Part shown: piece after piece, positions 42,447 through 57,292 of the stretch
Position numbering within the stretch: position 1 is the first letter of the stretch
Layout: each line of letters opens with the position of its first letter
Assembly (NCBI GenBank): GCA_964016885.1
Contig: OZ024742.1
Span: forward strand, 268,770,001-268,834,000
Source: Eledone cirrhosa
Taxonomy: Eukaryota
Reading direction: 5' to 3'
Length of the DNA: 64,000 nucleotides
Program-made: the position numbers and the translations under genes
Notes under the pieces: generated by a model
Told to the model about the DNA's origin: nothing
Databases searched by the model: none
The model's input: only the letters and a program-made list of their open reading frames with translations

Positions 42447-42853
42447 TACATATAGTTGTTGGCCGAGGTGGTGGAGGGGGCAGGTAGATATTGAAATCAA
42501 ACAAGTTGGTGGTATTCTCGGTTGTCATTGAGTGGTGAGCCGCCCACAACCCTTTGACTAAGCAGGGCTGTCGGGATGTCTTGAAAGTTAGAAGGGAACG
42601 GATACTCAAAGCAAAAACACACATTTTTTTAGTCCGCTCCCTTCCACCCAAAATTGCCTCGGAAATGTTACGTATTAATTAATTGTTGCTATCTGAAGAA
42701 ATCACGATATCTGTCGTCATTTAAATATGTATAACGGCTCAATTAATAAAGTACCCTAACATCTTCAACTTCATTTTTTCCGCTTTATTCATCCTTGCGT
42801 TTAGGAAGTAATATGGCGTTGAGTGCTAGAGGTCAATTGCATCCTTATATAGC

Positions 42854-42906
<53 letters not shown>

Positions 42907-43207
42907 TGTCTGTGTGTGTGTGTATGCATGGGAAATCATATGAAACCCAGTCCATCATTTGCCTCCATCATTGATCAACTAAGCACTCTTGCTATATTAA
43001 CACATTTTTATCTGCTTATCTTCAAGAACTATGCATGTAAATAACATTATTCTTTCTTTCACATTGCCTTATTATACTCCACATTACGCGCTTTTTTTTC
43101 TTTTTTCTTTTCACTTCATAAACCTTGTTTGTAAATAACATTATTCCTTCTGCACCATTTCTTTAACATGTCCAACTCCACCATTCTACACGAATACATA
43201 TTATTAT

Positions 43208-43244
43208 CATTTGATAATGCATAACAATGCTGAAACCGGTAATA
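43208..43244 (+). ncRNA. Degenerate minimal hammerhead (U3-A8, ACCGGT stem III)
   Basis: TTGATAA-TGCAT-AACA-ATGCT-GAAA-CCG-GTA; weak stem I. Confidence 0.55.
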
Positions 43245-43438
43245 TACAATTATTAAATATATAAATAAATAAATAAATGCCGTTGTTAATTAATAAATAT
43301 ATCAACTAATACCTTTACACTTCACACAATGTAAAATATTTCGTTTTAATCATGTTCTAACCCAGAAAAAAGAGAGAAAGAAATAAAAAGGTAAAAAAAT
43401 ATATTTTATCTTCCTAATAATCGTCTTTTTCTCCCTCT

Positions 43439-43482
<44 letters not shown>

Positions 43483-43509
43483 AATATATATATGTATATA
43501 TATATCAAT

Positions 43510-44870
43510 GAGTGAATGAAGGAGTTCAAGCCGTTAAAACATTTCGCTATTCATATCATACCCGTGTTTCTCCCAGAAAGACACTTCAGAGGCAGAAATT
43601 CCTATAGTTACGTCTGTAAGTTTAATTACCGTTGAGAAATTATCACCTCAACTTTACGTGTCCCTGCATTTTGTTCGAAAAGTGTAAAGCCAATGGCGTC
43701 CGTGAAAGGGTCCTGACTCGCTAAGTGAGGTAATTACTTTTTATTAGATTCCATTTTAAATGTTATTGCTTCGTGATGATAGTTTATGATGGAATTGAAT
43801 ATTTGCATGTCTTCTTGGCTTCTATCCCAGAAGATGAAGCAGTAGTCTAGGTAACGTTTCCAGTTGTTATTAATATAGGTGGCGAAGTCATGACTGAATG
43901 TTTACTGCAGTTGGGAATATAATTTGGCGTCTAGATGACCCATAACGTTTGTTGCATATGTTGGGGCCACTTTGGTGGTCATGGTCATTCCTTTTATTTG
44001 TAAACACAGTTCGTTACCAAAGAGGAGTGGTCTTCTCCAATAATAATTTGAGTCCTTCTAAAATAAACATTTAGCGGAATCTGTTTGAAATGTAGTCTCG
44101 ATGCTTTGTAATCCAGAAGTCAACAGCTTCAAGTCCTAAGTCGTGGGGGTGTTAGAATAAAAGATGGTTACGTCAAAGCTGACTATGATTGTTCTTTGGT
44201 GTACTTTTTCGGGAATATGGTTCAGGAATTCCATATCATCTCTGATGAAGTTTGACACTTTTTATATAAGGGTTTCAGTATGATGTATAATAAGTTGCTT
44301 AGACGTTGTGTGCTTGAGGCTGGACCAGCAACAATTGGGCGTAATTTTAAATCTGTTGGTTTTGTTACTTCACCATTTGATGCATTTTCACCTTTTATGT
44401 TGTTTTGGATTTCTCTGGATTTGTGAACTTTCGGTAATCCAGAAAATTGCTGGGTTTCATTTTGACGTTGGCTAAGTAATTGATTTCCTTTAGCGTGAGG
44501 TTATTTTGGTACTTTCTCGTCAGTTTGCCTTCTTGAATCATTAATTATATTTCTTCGCTTTTGCTGATTTTCCTGTAAAAACCCTCGTCATTCAAGTGTT
44601 CTAGGACTATATCCTTGAAGTGGTTTTTGTCCATGATGACGATTGTTCCACCTTTGTCCGCTCCTTTATTATTATTGAGGAGTCATTTTGTAGCTTGTTT
44701 AGTGCTAGCAGTTGGTCTTTAGGAATGTTGCGTTTGTGTTTCTTCTCTGCAATATTTGATTGTGCCGATTGTCGCAGGCAGGGTATGTATTTATGCAGGG
44801 AACACTTGGAAACATGCGGAAAGGGAACATTCACAATTTTCTCCTTCTTTAAGATATGGTCATACAACGA
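43510..44870 (-). mobile_element. Decayed PLE reverse transcriptase region
   Basis: LQNDSSIIIKE, LPKVHKS, LRPIVAGP, VSFDVT, KVAPTYA, KRYLD relics on - strand. Confidence 0.8.
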
Positions 44871-45586
44871 ACATTTCCGAAAATATGAAGGAAAATTCTA
44901 CATTAGAAAGTACAAACCCCAAAAATGATATTCCATCTTCAAATAACGGGATACTCCCCACATTCTCATTTCTTTAAAAAGTTGCATATTGAAAAAAGAA
45001 AAATATCAAAATAGAAGTTGATGACACCCGCACTATCAAACATTCGATCGGTGAAGAGAAGAACAACCCCCGGAGGTACACTAACATTTCATTAATTCCT
45101 CCTTCCACACCCAAATGTTTATGTGAACTTAAATATTTGTGTAGATGTGTGTGTAGATATGTTTGTATGCATGTCTATAAGTGTACAGGTATGTGCATAC
45201 ATGTGTGTGTATGTATGTTTGAATGTGTGTGTATATATGAATATATGTGTATGACTGTAAGTATGTTTACATGTAGGGAAGTGAATATGGGAGCTACCAT
45301 CCCCCCCCCACTCCGACACCTCCCTTCCCAAACCAATATCATAAACATACATTTCTAACATATTAAAAAAAATATTCTTATTCTTCTCTTTGCTGTCAAG
45401 CCATTCTTATCAAAATACATGTATCTTACACCCCATTAACCCCAGCACCATCACCACCAGACGCCCAACTAAATTCATCTTTAATAAGGAAATATAGGAA
45501 ATTGTTGAAGGTATTGTTTATACATTTAAGATAGTTGATTCAGCTATCAGAAACGAATTTGAAAAACATCCTGCCATTATATTCAT

Positions 45587-45695
45587 CAAATCCCGCCGAG
45601 GTTGAGTTTGCCTTTCATCGTTACGGGGTCGATAAAAAAAGTAACAGTAATGCACTGGGTAATTGCTGGCCTTGTGCCTAAAGTAGAAACAATTA
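45587..45695 (+). mobile_element. SINE 3' two-thirds
   Basis: CAAATCCCGCCGAGGTTGAGTTTGCCTTTCATC...GTAGAAACAATTA. Confidence 0.82.
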
Positions 45696-46233
45696 TATTC
45701 ATCAAGTTCATTTATTGAAATGGAACCAGCAGGATGGCACCAATCGGTTACATATGTCCCGAATAAACAACCTAACACCACTCCCTAACAATTATCTTCA
45801 TGTTACCATTCACTATATTCAGTGTATATATGTATATATATGTAGATGTATGTATATATATACATATGCATGTGTGTATATTTATATGCTTTAATTCCTT
45901 TAAATCTTTATCAACACTCCTTCACTCCCACACTCAAGAACACACCCCATCCCCTCGGACTCATCCAAATCTATCTTATATACATAATCACACATCACAA
46001 CGCAACCTGATCTCAGCTTGACACCGACAAATGCGACAAAGGTCCAGGGAAAGTTAACCAGGATTCTTAAAATCTTCCCACCATTGTTAACAAAGAAGTT
46101 ACTCTACCAAATCATAATATTATAAAATTAAATCAAATTGTTTAGAACTACAAGTGAAGTCATTCTTTTCCTTTATTCAAATATACCTAACTGTAATAAA
46201 GATTTCACACATTTCCAATAGATATATATATAT

Positions 46234-47510
46234 GTATGTTTTGTCCTACAAGTAAGAGTACGGTTGTTATAGTTACATGTATATTAGATGGGTATGAATT
46301 TACAAGTTATCTCCCTCACAGTAAGACGCTTGGAAAATTACATTGAGGTTACAACTTTTTTTCCATTGATCGTACCAGTAGTCGAAGTCATAATCTTTCA
46401 GTGTCCTTAGCTTGTCGGTTACACTTTTGTGTATGATTTACACAGTCCCAAAATAACGACCCTTTAAATTCGATATTTACTTACAGAAGATGTAAAAGAC
46501 AAACGAAATTAGAACTAGTCTGTAGAGAAGATGTGGAAGAGTGGCAATTGATTTCTACGTAACAAAGTCTCTAATTAAATATCCAATCTCCTGCAATGTC
46601 CTTTAGGACACATCAGACCTGTTTCCGAAGTTGTTCAAATACATTTTTGTAGAAGTTGCGATTAACTGTCTCTTATAGACGTTCACAGAATTTATTTAAG
46701 TATAGTTCAAAGCAGTAAAAAAAAAGATGATAATCATCGTTTTAACCATGCATCTGTTCATGCGTTCTTTCTTCGGACGAGCAGAATATGTCTTGCGCCA
46801 GTACTCACTTTCTAGCTTTCTAGTTTTGTATCTGGACCGTACTGGAACACCGCTGATTCTTCTCCTGTTATTATTTCATCGAGGACGTTTGGCATAATTA
46901 AGAGTCTTTCTAGGAAATCCTGACAAATTTCCAACGGGGTCTCATTTTGCTCCACACACAAGTACTTGGGCTCTAGTTTTGCACAAATTATTTGCATATG
47001 GAAATGGTCTGTTAACATTCTGTGAACGTCATGTTTATCCTTTTTATTCTTTCGTAATGATTCTAATACTTGTTTGGAGAAGTTTCACCATCACGCTTTG
47101 CACCTCATCCACATTATATTTTTGATGGGGTTGGCCATCCAGAACGAGGTTCATCTTGAAAATTTCTAAGAAGGCTTTGTGCCATTTAAAATACTTAGAT
47201 CTCTATAGTTTACTATCTCTGTAAGCTTGTGTTAAAAAATTAAATGTTTCGTGGCAGATTTGTTGAGATTTACAAAATAAATTATCGCGTACATTTGTTC
47301 GATGTTCTCCTGTATCGCAAACGTAACAGAGGTTAGATACACATCTTTACATAAACAGCAATATCTCACGACTATCACATTTGATCATGTTGAAAAAATG
47401 TGTATGTGGAGCCAAGGGCATAAGCAACACGCCCTATACTTAAATCGCATGTTGCATTATCATGTCGTACGTAATATTAACAGTACTCATAGTTATGGGA
47501 CAAGCCTTGT
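46234..47510 (-). mobile_element. Decayed Tc1/mariner (mariner-type) transposon, about 1.28 kb
   Basis: IITGEESAVFQYGPDTKLES resembles mariner ITGDETW.YQYDPETKRQS; degenerate TIRs TGTCCTACAAGTAAGAGTACGGTT and AACAGTACTCATAGTTATGGGACA. Confidence 0.78.
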
Positions 47511-47513
47511 ACG

Positions 47514-47613
<100 letters not shown>

Positions 47614-48058
47614 ATCCTCTCTACCAGTCTTCTCTCTTCTTCTACATAACTATTTCGTTAATATCTACTCTTACCCCAATTTCGTCCCCTCCTTTTCTCC
47701 CTCTCACTTTCCCTCATCTTCTCTCTGTCTGCCACCTCATTGTTTCCCTCGCCTGACCCTCTAGTAGTCCTTTTCTCACTTGAACTTAAGTATTCTCATC
47801 GTGTGGTCTAGGATTTTCTTACCTTAAGTTGCTCGCACATTGCTCGGTTTGTTGTTATTTTTTCGCTGTTTGCTCTTTTCTCCATTTTGTTTTCCTACCC
47901 TCCCTCCTCCGTTTTCCCAATAACTTATCCAGTTATTGATGGTCTGGGCGGTAGATATATTGTCTTTAAAGCGTAGAAATAACCGAGATCCCAGTAGGAA
48001 ACTGATGAGGAAATCTGCCCCTGTTTTTGCTTTCTTCTTATTCCCACTCCATTTTAAG

Positions 48059-48134
<76 letters not shown>

Positions 48135-48339
48135 ATGCTTTGGGAGGGTCATGTTGGCAATAAAAAACTCACGCACCAGTTGCTTTCACTTTAATTTTTT
48201 ATAAATTAAATTTATAAATTTAAGAATTTATAAATTTCCGGTTGTTTGGTTGGTTGGTTCCACAACCAGACGATTGTTCATATATTGTCAAAGTTATTTC
48301 GTCACACATTCTGTGACCTCTTCAGTGACTGGGGATTCT

Positions 48340-51300
48340 TTTAGTTGTTTTTATACCTCTCCTTTGTTCTGTCCTACGCCATCAGAAGAAGGCTTTTTGG
48401 CATCGCACGTGCTACTCAAACGCCACCAGTAAAGTGAAAATACAACGTGCAAGAGACCGTAACGAACGGTCTTTGTCAACTGGATCACATATCCGCAGAA
48501 AGCGAGGACGCACTTCAAGCTTTGACAGGAGTGAGCCATCAACCTCTGCCACAATCTTAGGGCCGTTTACACAGTCAGCAACAAACCCACTGGAATATGA
48601 TTTGTGTTTTTCTTTTCAAACGTTTGGTGATCAACAGTTGTTTGCAGTAAGAACAGCCAATGCGGGCTAAGCTGTAAAAAAACTGTGAAAATCTCTCCTA
48701 ATCCAGAACTAAAAACAAGAATGGAATCTTGCATCTCCGAAGGGGATGCCCACGTTGTTGATATCAAATATCATAAACAGTGTTGGACAAGAAATGTGTT
48801 CCATGTTCTGAGAGATAACGCTATCGCAAACAAAGAGAGGGTGTCAACAGCAAACAGCTAGTTTCATTGAATTAGTGCACATTATCGACGTGCAAACAAC
48901 AGATGGCGCATATCTTTCCATGGCAGACATCGAGAATACCTATTTGAACATGTTAGGTGGAGCAGAGGCTTTGCCAAATCACAGACCTGTCTATACCAGT
49001 CAATGGCTGAAAGACAAAATATTAACAGAATTACCATGTGTAAGGTCTGTTTGCAAAGCAATGGGCGAAGGTCAGCTGTATTGTATTACCCTGAAGCCTG
49101 GGAGGTTAACGTGGTTCACTCTTCCATCACTTCTGATGACACGGACGACATGAAAAATATCTATAGGTCAGCACAGCTTGTTCGCCACACCATTGAACAT
49201 TTTACCAAAAGACATCCGCCACAAAGTTCAATTCCAATTTCCAGCAAATAGAAGATGTGCCAGTGGAACTCTATACACTTATTCGCTGGATCATGGCACG
49301 GCCTGCAAATGAACTGGAGACTGAAGTTCGAACACATGTTGTGGACAGAGCTGCCCTTACAATGAGTCAAAATCTGATGTTTGGATTCAAATCTAAGAGA
49401 TAAGTCACATACAAGCCCAAAACTGAGCATTCTGGCTTTCCATCGCAGCATGTAAGAGAAAATCCATCAAAAGACAAGAAATAAGATGCTCGTTAATTTC
49501 CTCAACGCCCAAGATTACTGTTTCATACAGCTAATGATAGAAACAGCCGTTGCCAATGTGCTGTAGTTGAGAACACCAAACAGTTCCAAGGGTGGTATAT
49601 GCCACCATTCCTCAAGAGAGGCACATTTGTCTTCTTCGCAGTAGACAATGCGGATTTCACTGAGCACACTCCAGATGGTAAAGGTATCACCCATAGAACT
49701 ATCACTGCTGTATACCAGAAATCTGATGCCCCTGGAGAACCAATTGCATCACCCCTAAATATCACTAAAGCACAGAGTCTCTCTGTGACCCCATATCATA
49801 CAGCTATAGTTCCTTGTGAGAAGACAAAGCGGAAGACACCATCTGAAAAGAGGATGATTCAGTGTGCCATTGACAAAGTAGGTGTGGATAGAACCTACCA
49901 GCTCATACATCTGGGATGGGTCGTTGCCTACGCTGTTTCCTGAATGAACGATGGAGACTCGAGTCGAATTCCAGGCTGGGCAGGCTATAACTCACTTTTG
50001 TCGACAAGCCTACCCTTAACTGAGGTTGGAGCTCTACCTTCGCTCCCAGAAGTCGCGCATGAATGGCCAACATTGCTAACCGTTATGATGCAAGAAAATA
50101 CATTAAAAGAGCTGGCAGTTGATAACAAGTACCTCACTGTCATTTCATTCGACATGGCACTCTAAGAGAAAGCAGTACAGTTGGTTGATGCTTGGCCGGA
50201 TTTGATGGGCAAAGTTCTGCTAAGACTTGGTGAGTTTCATGTTGTCATGGCTGCGTTCAGAGCTCTCGGCTCTTCAATTGAAAACTCTGGAATAGACGAC
50301 GCCTGGAAGCCGATCTGTAAAGTTCTGCCACAACCAGACAAATTCTCAAGTGCATACACTACAAGCGTTCGCTACGTGCACACATTTACTCCCACATGGC
50401 ACTTTATGAACTGGCATTGGAGCAGTTCCTAGACGACAATGCTTATCTGAAAAATCTGTGTCTAGAAGCAATGATTCAAGTAGAAGAGGCGGTTCAGAAC
50501 AAAGGCACCAAGGCTGAGTCTGTGACGCATGCAAATGCTCATCTGCAGCAAGTCTTAGCAGAGTATGATGTGATCAAGAAACTGCAAGACTGGGAATCAG
50601 AGAAGGCTAAGAATGCCATGTTCAGATCATTGATGAACTATATGCGTCGGGTAGAGATAGTTCTGTACTTTGTAGCGGCATCGCGGAATGCTGATCTGAA
50701 TCTTCATCTTCAAGCTGGAGAAGCACTGAGCAAGCTGTTCTTCTCAAATTGACAGGTTAAAGTATAAAAGACTCTGGCCACGCTACATAGCAGATATGCA
50801 CGCATTGAAGACCAACCACCCCGACACATGGAGGGAACTTAAAGAGGGCAATATATCCATCACAAAGAATGTCATCCCGTTCGTATCCATTGGAGGTGAC
50901 CATGCCTGTGAACATCTTAACAAATTCATGAAAGTTCAAGCTGGTCTCATTGGAATTTGCAATAATCCAAATGCAAGGCAACGGTTCTTCATGGCAGCTC
51001 CTGAAATGTCCTGCCATGCAAAGGAGTTTAAGGGCCAATTCGGTGTTGGTGAAAGCCATGCCCTCTTGAGCATCATGACCTATTTCCAGCTGCAATCAAG
51101 CGAGATCATGGAGAAGTAAGCAAAATCAAGAGTGCTATATTGACTCACGGCAATCCATTTACTGTTGATGGGAAAACACTCTACAACTTGATAACTCATG
51201 CATATATCCCATATAAGTATGTAACGCAGATCTTGGAGATGGATGACACTGGACAAAAGCTGTACAAGGAATATGTTGCTGAACGGATCAATGGAGGCGT

Positions 51301-53537
51301 CCGCCTTTGGGCACCAGTGAAGAGACAACACAACGAGATGTTCACATCTGGCAACAAGAGACATGCTATAAAGGTTCGTGACAAAATCATTGACATGAAG
51401 GAAACCAAATATTTGTATGGCAGACTTATGGTTCTTGCCAGGGCCGACCGAGACGTGAACCAGAAAGAAGCAATTAGCAATTACGTGTTCACCTTGACGC
51501 CAAGAGCACTCTGTGCCCCAAATGGGTCAGTGTTGCCATGCACTGACAAGTCCAAACTCATTCATCTCCTTGATCAAATAGCATCAGAGAAAACAGCACA
51601 AGGTGATTCACTGCAAGATGAAGCCACTGAAAAGGACAATCTCAATCACAACAGGAGGGTTGCGGTGGTAGATGGAATGGTGCTTATTCAGAAGCTGACT
51701 AAGAAACCAGCTACCATGTTACAGTGAGAGATCTAAGCCAAAGTTTATATGAAAGACTGATGAACCTCACGCAGAACATTGACGAAATAATTCTCGTGTT
51801 TGAAACATATAAGACCGATTCCGTGAAGAATGCAACCAGGCAGAAGAGATGCCAATGGAAGGAGCCAGGCCAGTATCAAGTCAGAGACGAAACGAGCATT
51901 AAGCACATAACCATGAGCAGATTCCTGTCACACAAAAAGACGAAGGCTGATTTGACCAAGTACTTGGTAGAAAAGACTCTGTTCTACAGCAAATATTCCC
52001 CCAAGCTTGTAATCACTTCAGCATCTGGCCAAGCCAGGGACAACACGGATTTGGAACCTTTCAGTGAAACCAACCACGAGGAAGCTGACACACTGATGAT
52101 ATTCCTTGCAGTATCTTCAACGAGGCGAAACCCAAGAGATATGGAACTAACTGTTTTCTCACCTGACACAGATGTCCTGGTTCTGGTAATTGCCAACTAT
52201 GATGTGTTACCTAGGCACACCCCCATCTCCATGGCATCAAGTGTTCTAAAGATCCAGCCATTCTGGGACGTTCTAGGTCCAGCAAAGGCGAAGGATTTAC
52301 CTCCATTCCATACCTTCTCTGACGCCGATAATACGGGAAGGTTTGCTAGAGTAGGAAAGGCCTTCCTTGAAGCTGACGAACACCATTAACGCTCTGAAAA
52401 ATCTGTCTGATCATACGAAAGTGACTGAAGAACTTCTGACCAGCTTGGAAAGTTTTGTCTGTCCTGCCTACAGTCCAAAAGGAATCCAAATCAAAAGCAT
52501 TCCAGAGTTGCGATGGTACCTGTTCTGTAAATACATGTCAGAGAGTGACAAATTACCACCTAGAGTTGGTGCCCTCAAGCAGCACGTCTTAAGGGTACAT
52601 CGGCAAGCACGAGTTTGGGGCCAGGCAAGCACTCTCCAGCAAGTTCTGTTGGATCCAATGCAGAATGGCTACTACAAGGGAGATGATGGCCAACTAAAGC
52701 CAACCACTACTGATGATCCTCCAGCACCTAAAGCCATCAGTGAGATGATGAGATGCCAGTGCAAGGGAGATTGTTCCTCACAAAGATGTTCTTGCAGGTC
52801 AAAGAATCTGCAGTGCACCGACCTTTGCCTGTGCACCACACAGTGTGAAAATGACGCGGAAAGAGTTTATGAAAACCTTGACTCAGGTAATACTGATAGT
52901 GAGAGTGATGACTGATATGATGGTTATGACTGATTCCGTTCTAAAAGTGGCAATAACAAAGTGTGCAGAAATTTGTATTCCTGCCTGTCAAAAGTCATGA
53001 CTGATTTTATCGTGAAATGGACAAAAGCAAAGTATCCACGAAATAATTGTTTTATGTATTAAAATAAAGTGTACATGAAGACACATTTATTTTTATTATG
53101 TTTGACTCGTGCTTCGATATCCTGATTATGAGTGAATCTAGAGAAGAAATATCATATTTGCATGTGGTGTTTGCAGTTTTGTCATTAAAATTGGTATTTT
53201 TATTTAAAAATTATTTCTTCATGTTAAACGTAAGTGATTGTAGTTAATTTCTCTACACTTCTGGCCCCTTAAAATGTAAGTTTAGCCACTGAAAGTAAAA
53301 GGCTACATGGCTTGGAAGTGAATATATTGGTAAATTTAGATTTCAAACGGTCGCCATTTTGAAGCCCTAAGACGGCCATGTTCAGAACCCTAAAAAAATA
53401 GCAACATTGATTTTTGGATTCAATACATCCTAACGTTTCCAAAAATGTATAATTTAGTAGATCTCAAAAATGTTTGAACGAAAATGTACGAGGAACTGGA
53501 CTATTATGCAAATATGGTGTGAATGCATGTTGGTACC

Positions 53538-53539
<2 letters not shown>
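48340..53539 (+). mobile_element. Academ (AcademX-type) DNA transposon; left end not found
   Basis: Large transposase with XPG-like and Cys-rich domains; right end reads ...GGTACCTA, i.e. a TAG terminus as described for Academ. The left boundary is approximate. Confidence 0.8.
48434..52915 (+). pseudogene. Fragmented Academ transposase (DDE + XPG/PIN-like nuclease + Cys8), about 1500 codons
   Basis: FFAVDNAD, IPGWAGYN, ISFDMAL, RLGEFH, DHACEHLN, VVDGM, NHEEADT, SPDTDVLVL, CQCKGDCSSQRCSCRSKNLQCTDLCLC; many frameshifts. Confidence 0.88.
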
Positions 53540-53571
<32 letters not shown>

Positions 53572-53798
53572 GGTACCAACATGCATTCACACTATATTTG
53601 CATAATAGTCCAGTTCCTTGTGCATTTTCGTTCAAACATTTTTGAGATCTACTAAATTATACACTTTTGGAAACGTTAGGATGTATTGAATCCAAAAATC
53701 AATGTTGCCATTTTTTTAGGGTTCTGAACATGGCCGTCTTAGGGCTTCAAAATGGCGACCGTTTGAAATCTAAATTTACCAATATATTCACTTCCAAG
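53311..53798. repeat. 488-bp palindrome centred on (TA)n, mirroring the Academ right end
   Basis: Arms 53311-53539 and 53570-53798, 229 bp each, 5 mismatches by eye. Confidence 0.95.
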
Positions 53799-54477
53799 TA
53801 TTGCGGGTATAAAGAATTTATTAGGTAACAATTGTTTCTATAGTGTATGGGTTACCTATACCTCGCTATTTGTATAATATAAAAATATTATCATAAATCG
53901 TAGGTACACTGTAAGAACACACACCATGTCGTCAGACCTTTGTAGTAGAATGATATGAAACTATTTTATACACTAGATATAAGAGAAAGAAGGAGGTAGG
54001 AAGGGAAGAGGAAAGCGAGTAAGGGGGAGGGAGTCTTAGGATTTAAGACTGTCAGAGTAGTAGAGATTGTAAGGAGAAAATGTTTTGGCAGCAGTTAGCT
54101 TAATGAGGCGTGATAGGGTTGGCGGGGGAAGTAAATTCTTCTAGTGGTGTTGTTTGGACAAAATTTAGTTAAAGGTGTCAAAGTAGTACATAATTACAGA
54201 CAAGTTATTGCGGCTATTATAGTAGCAGGTTATTTCTAAAGGGGTCCAAAAAACAGTGTTTAGTACTATTATTATAGAAAGCCATATCGTGTGTATAAAC
54301 ATATGAAACAGAAATTTGCAAACGGTGGTGTAAAAAGGTGACATTACATGCATTTAAAAAAAGAAAAAGTCGTTTTCAAACGGATTTTAAAACACACTTT
54401 ATTATACGTTGAGCAATCTCCGACGTCGGTTGACTCCATCCAATGCGACTACTTAGTAACATTGGAATACAGATTTA

Positions 54478-54539
<62 letters not shown>

Positions 54540-54590
54540 TGTATGTAAAAGAAACCAAAGAACGCTTATATATTCAAACAGTTTTTATTT

Positions 54591-54635
54591 GCTTACAATG
54601 TTTCATCCGTACAGTTTGGTAGGAATCCTCAGACC
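54591..54635 (-). ncRNA. Type I hammerhead, core intact, stem I mismatched; marks the 3' end of a decayed - strand PLE (about 54545-56300)
   Basis: Reverse complement reads GGT-CTGAGGA-TTCCTACCAAACTGTACGGAT-GAAA-CATT-GTA-AGC, followed by AATAAA and (TA)n. Confidence 0.6.
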
Positions 54636-57292
54636 TTAATAAACACCTTGATCAGTATTTATTTGTACAATTCGTATAGTATCACTATGATTTTAGATAG
54701 TTAGCGTAACGTCCTTAATATTGATGACGAATGATTCTAGATCATATATAACAACTTATTACTAATACGAGGAAGGTAATTCCAACACTCGCCCCAATAG
54801 ACTTAGTCCCACAGACCCATTCGGGCGTATATAGTTGAATAGTTGGACCCTCCCCAATGCGAGACTTGCGTACACTGCCCACTCCTCACCCTTAGTAATA
54901 CATACAGATCATACCTGGATTGAGAAAACTGTGCTTGCACATTAGGAATTTGTGAGTTCCCTTTACCGTGGGATTGTAGGTCTTCACTCCTGTTTGGAAA
55001 CTCCTCCATTTTAGTTTTGGTAATGCTACCGTCGACCTTTTCGACTTTTCATATAGTTACCGAGTTTTAATGGTCTTTAGTGTGATACACTTGACAATGT
55101 TGCAGCTCCATTAATACTTAATAACAGTATAGATTTTAGCACGAATCTGTCGAATTAGTATGAGGTCTGTTGTTGATTAAATATTATTTTTTCTATTTAT
55201 TTTGTTTACAGTCCGAATTAAAAAACCTTATAGATTACAAATTAGAGTAGTCCCCATTTATTTACCACTTTTACGTCACGTAATTATTTGACGACTAAAA
55301 ACGTCATCAACTGATATGCGTTGTTATACACTTAGCGGCGATAAACGAAGTAACATGTTATCTTGAGCCTGATTTATAAATTTAAGTGGTATGTAGGCAC
55401 TCTTTTATAATCTTTATAATCTCTGTATATATGTTTGGGTTTGATCCCACCTAGCAGGCGTACTAGGGTACCTGGTGGATTTTATGATTTGGGCACTTTG
55501 TGTTATTTTCTTTTCTGTTTTGTATAGATTGTTTACCCACGTGGTCTGATCGCTGCTACTGTTACCAGGTAATCCTTTTGACGAGCTCGTGACTGGATTG
55601 TGTGTTGAGACTTTGTTTGGATTCAATCTGGAACTGAAACTTGAACATATTATGATATACGGCCTGGGATCTTATACATAGGTTTTTTTTATGTATATAT
55701 CCAGCATGTAATTCCGGTTACTGGATGTGATGTTATGTTTGAGTGATAATTTATATCCAACTATTTTGTACTTTTGAACGATCTACATATGTTGTATTAT
55801 TTAGACTTATTAGTTAGCTACTGAATTTCAATCCTATTTCTATTTAACCCCTAGATATTCGGGACATATGTAACCGATTGGTCTAGCCTATACGGTTAAT
55901 ATACATGTGTAGTAACTCTTTGCTAGTTGGTTTTACACTAACTAAAATAAGATTGCGGGGCTTTTGCTTAAGCTCTATCTTACAATAACCCCGATTTGTT
56001 TGTTTTATATGTGGGGCCTGTCTATATACTTGTTATACTCAGCTCGATCCTGTAATAAAACTATTTTGCTTTTGTATGGCTTGAATTTATGTGAAACATA
56101 TCTATATGCTTTTGAAGCACCCATGGGCTACGTAATTCAGGTACCTACCAGTATACGATGTATATGTATACCATGGCGGCGATTTTGATTACTGAGTATC
56201 CGATTAGTGAGATATTAAGAAACATAAATCCATAAATACTGAAACATATATGTTAAACTGTCATAAAGATAGAGTAAAAGAGTGGAATAGTGAATGAGCG
56301 AAAATGAAGAAGTATGACCATTTGTTATATATCTAAGTCAGTTTTCAGTTAATAATAATAACACTCTGTGATTTATTTATTTTGCGAAGAATTCTCTCAG
56401 AACCAAATATAATTTTCTCGTTTTTGGCAGTTAATTTATGCTATGTTATGTTACCATAATTACTCTGTATCTTTGCTGGTTCGGCATTTGAATAGAAATC
56501 TCACATGGAATTACTTTAAGTAAAACACATCTGTGCTCAGCTTTTGAACATTTGAACAATATTTTCAACGCTTTCCTGGCCATTAGCCTATTTAGAAACT
56601 GGCAACCAACCTAGCCCCTTGTTATTGTAAATGTCTAACATTTGGATCACCTTGGACTCCGGGTTGTTGTAGTTTTGATCTGCTCTTGTACGCCTCGAAT
56701 CTTATGTGATGGTGTGTTAGCCCACCTTCAGATTGAAACATTTTGGTAAATATGGCACGTGCAAAATCAAAATGTATGGGGTACTCATTTGTATGAAGTC
56801 TGCTATGTCTTAGTAGCACACACCTTGACATACTTACACGTCACCATTGTACACACGAAAACCGTTCTGGGAACGGACTAGCATCCACAGACGATATAAG
56901 CCCCCCCCCCCTTCATTTCAGCATAGGCCTTCTGCTTCGCTTGAAATTCCTTAACATCGGGGCAATCAGATTATATATCTGTGCTCTGACTGTTGCAAGA
57001 TTTTCCCCTGTGTTGGTATTTACATTCTTTGCAGTATATTTCAGGCAGTCTTCAAAGCTGGTGTGTGATTTGCGCTTCAGGTATTTGCCAATATTTGGAG
57101 ATTCTATGCGTATTTTATACATATTTTCTGACATGACCACCAGGTGACAATGTTTCATGATCCTGGTCTCGATATTTACAGACAGGCCCACTGCAACTCA
57201 TTAGTATCTGGTGTGTGAAATACCCCTCCCCGCCACAGAAAAACACTATTTCACACTCTCTCTGACTCTCTCTATCTATCTATATATATATA

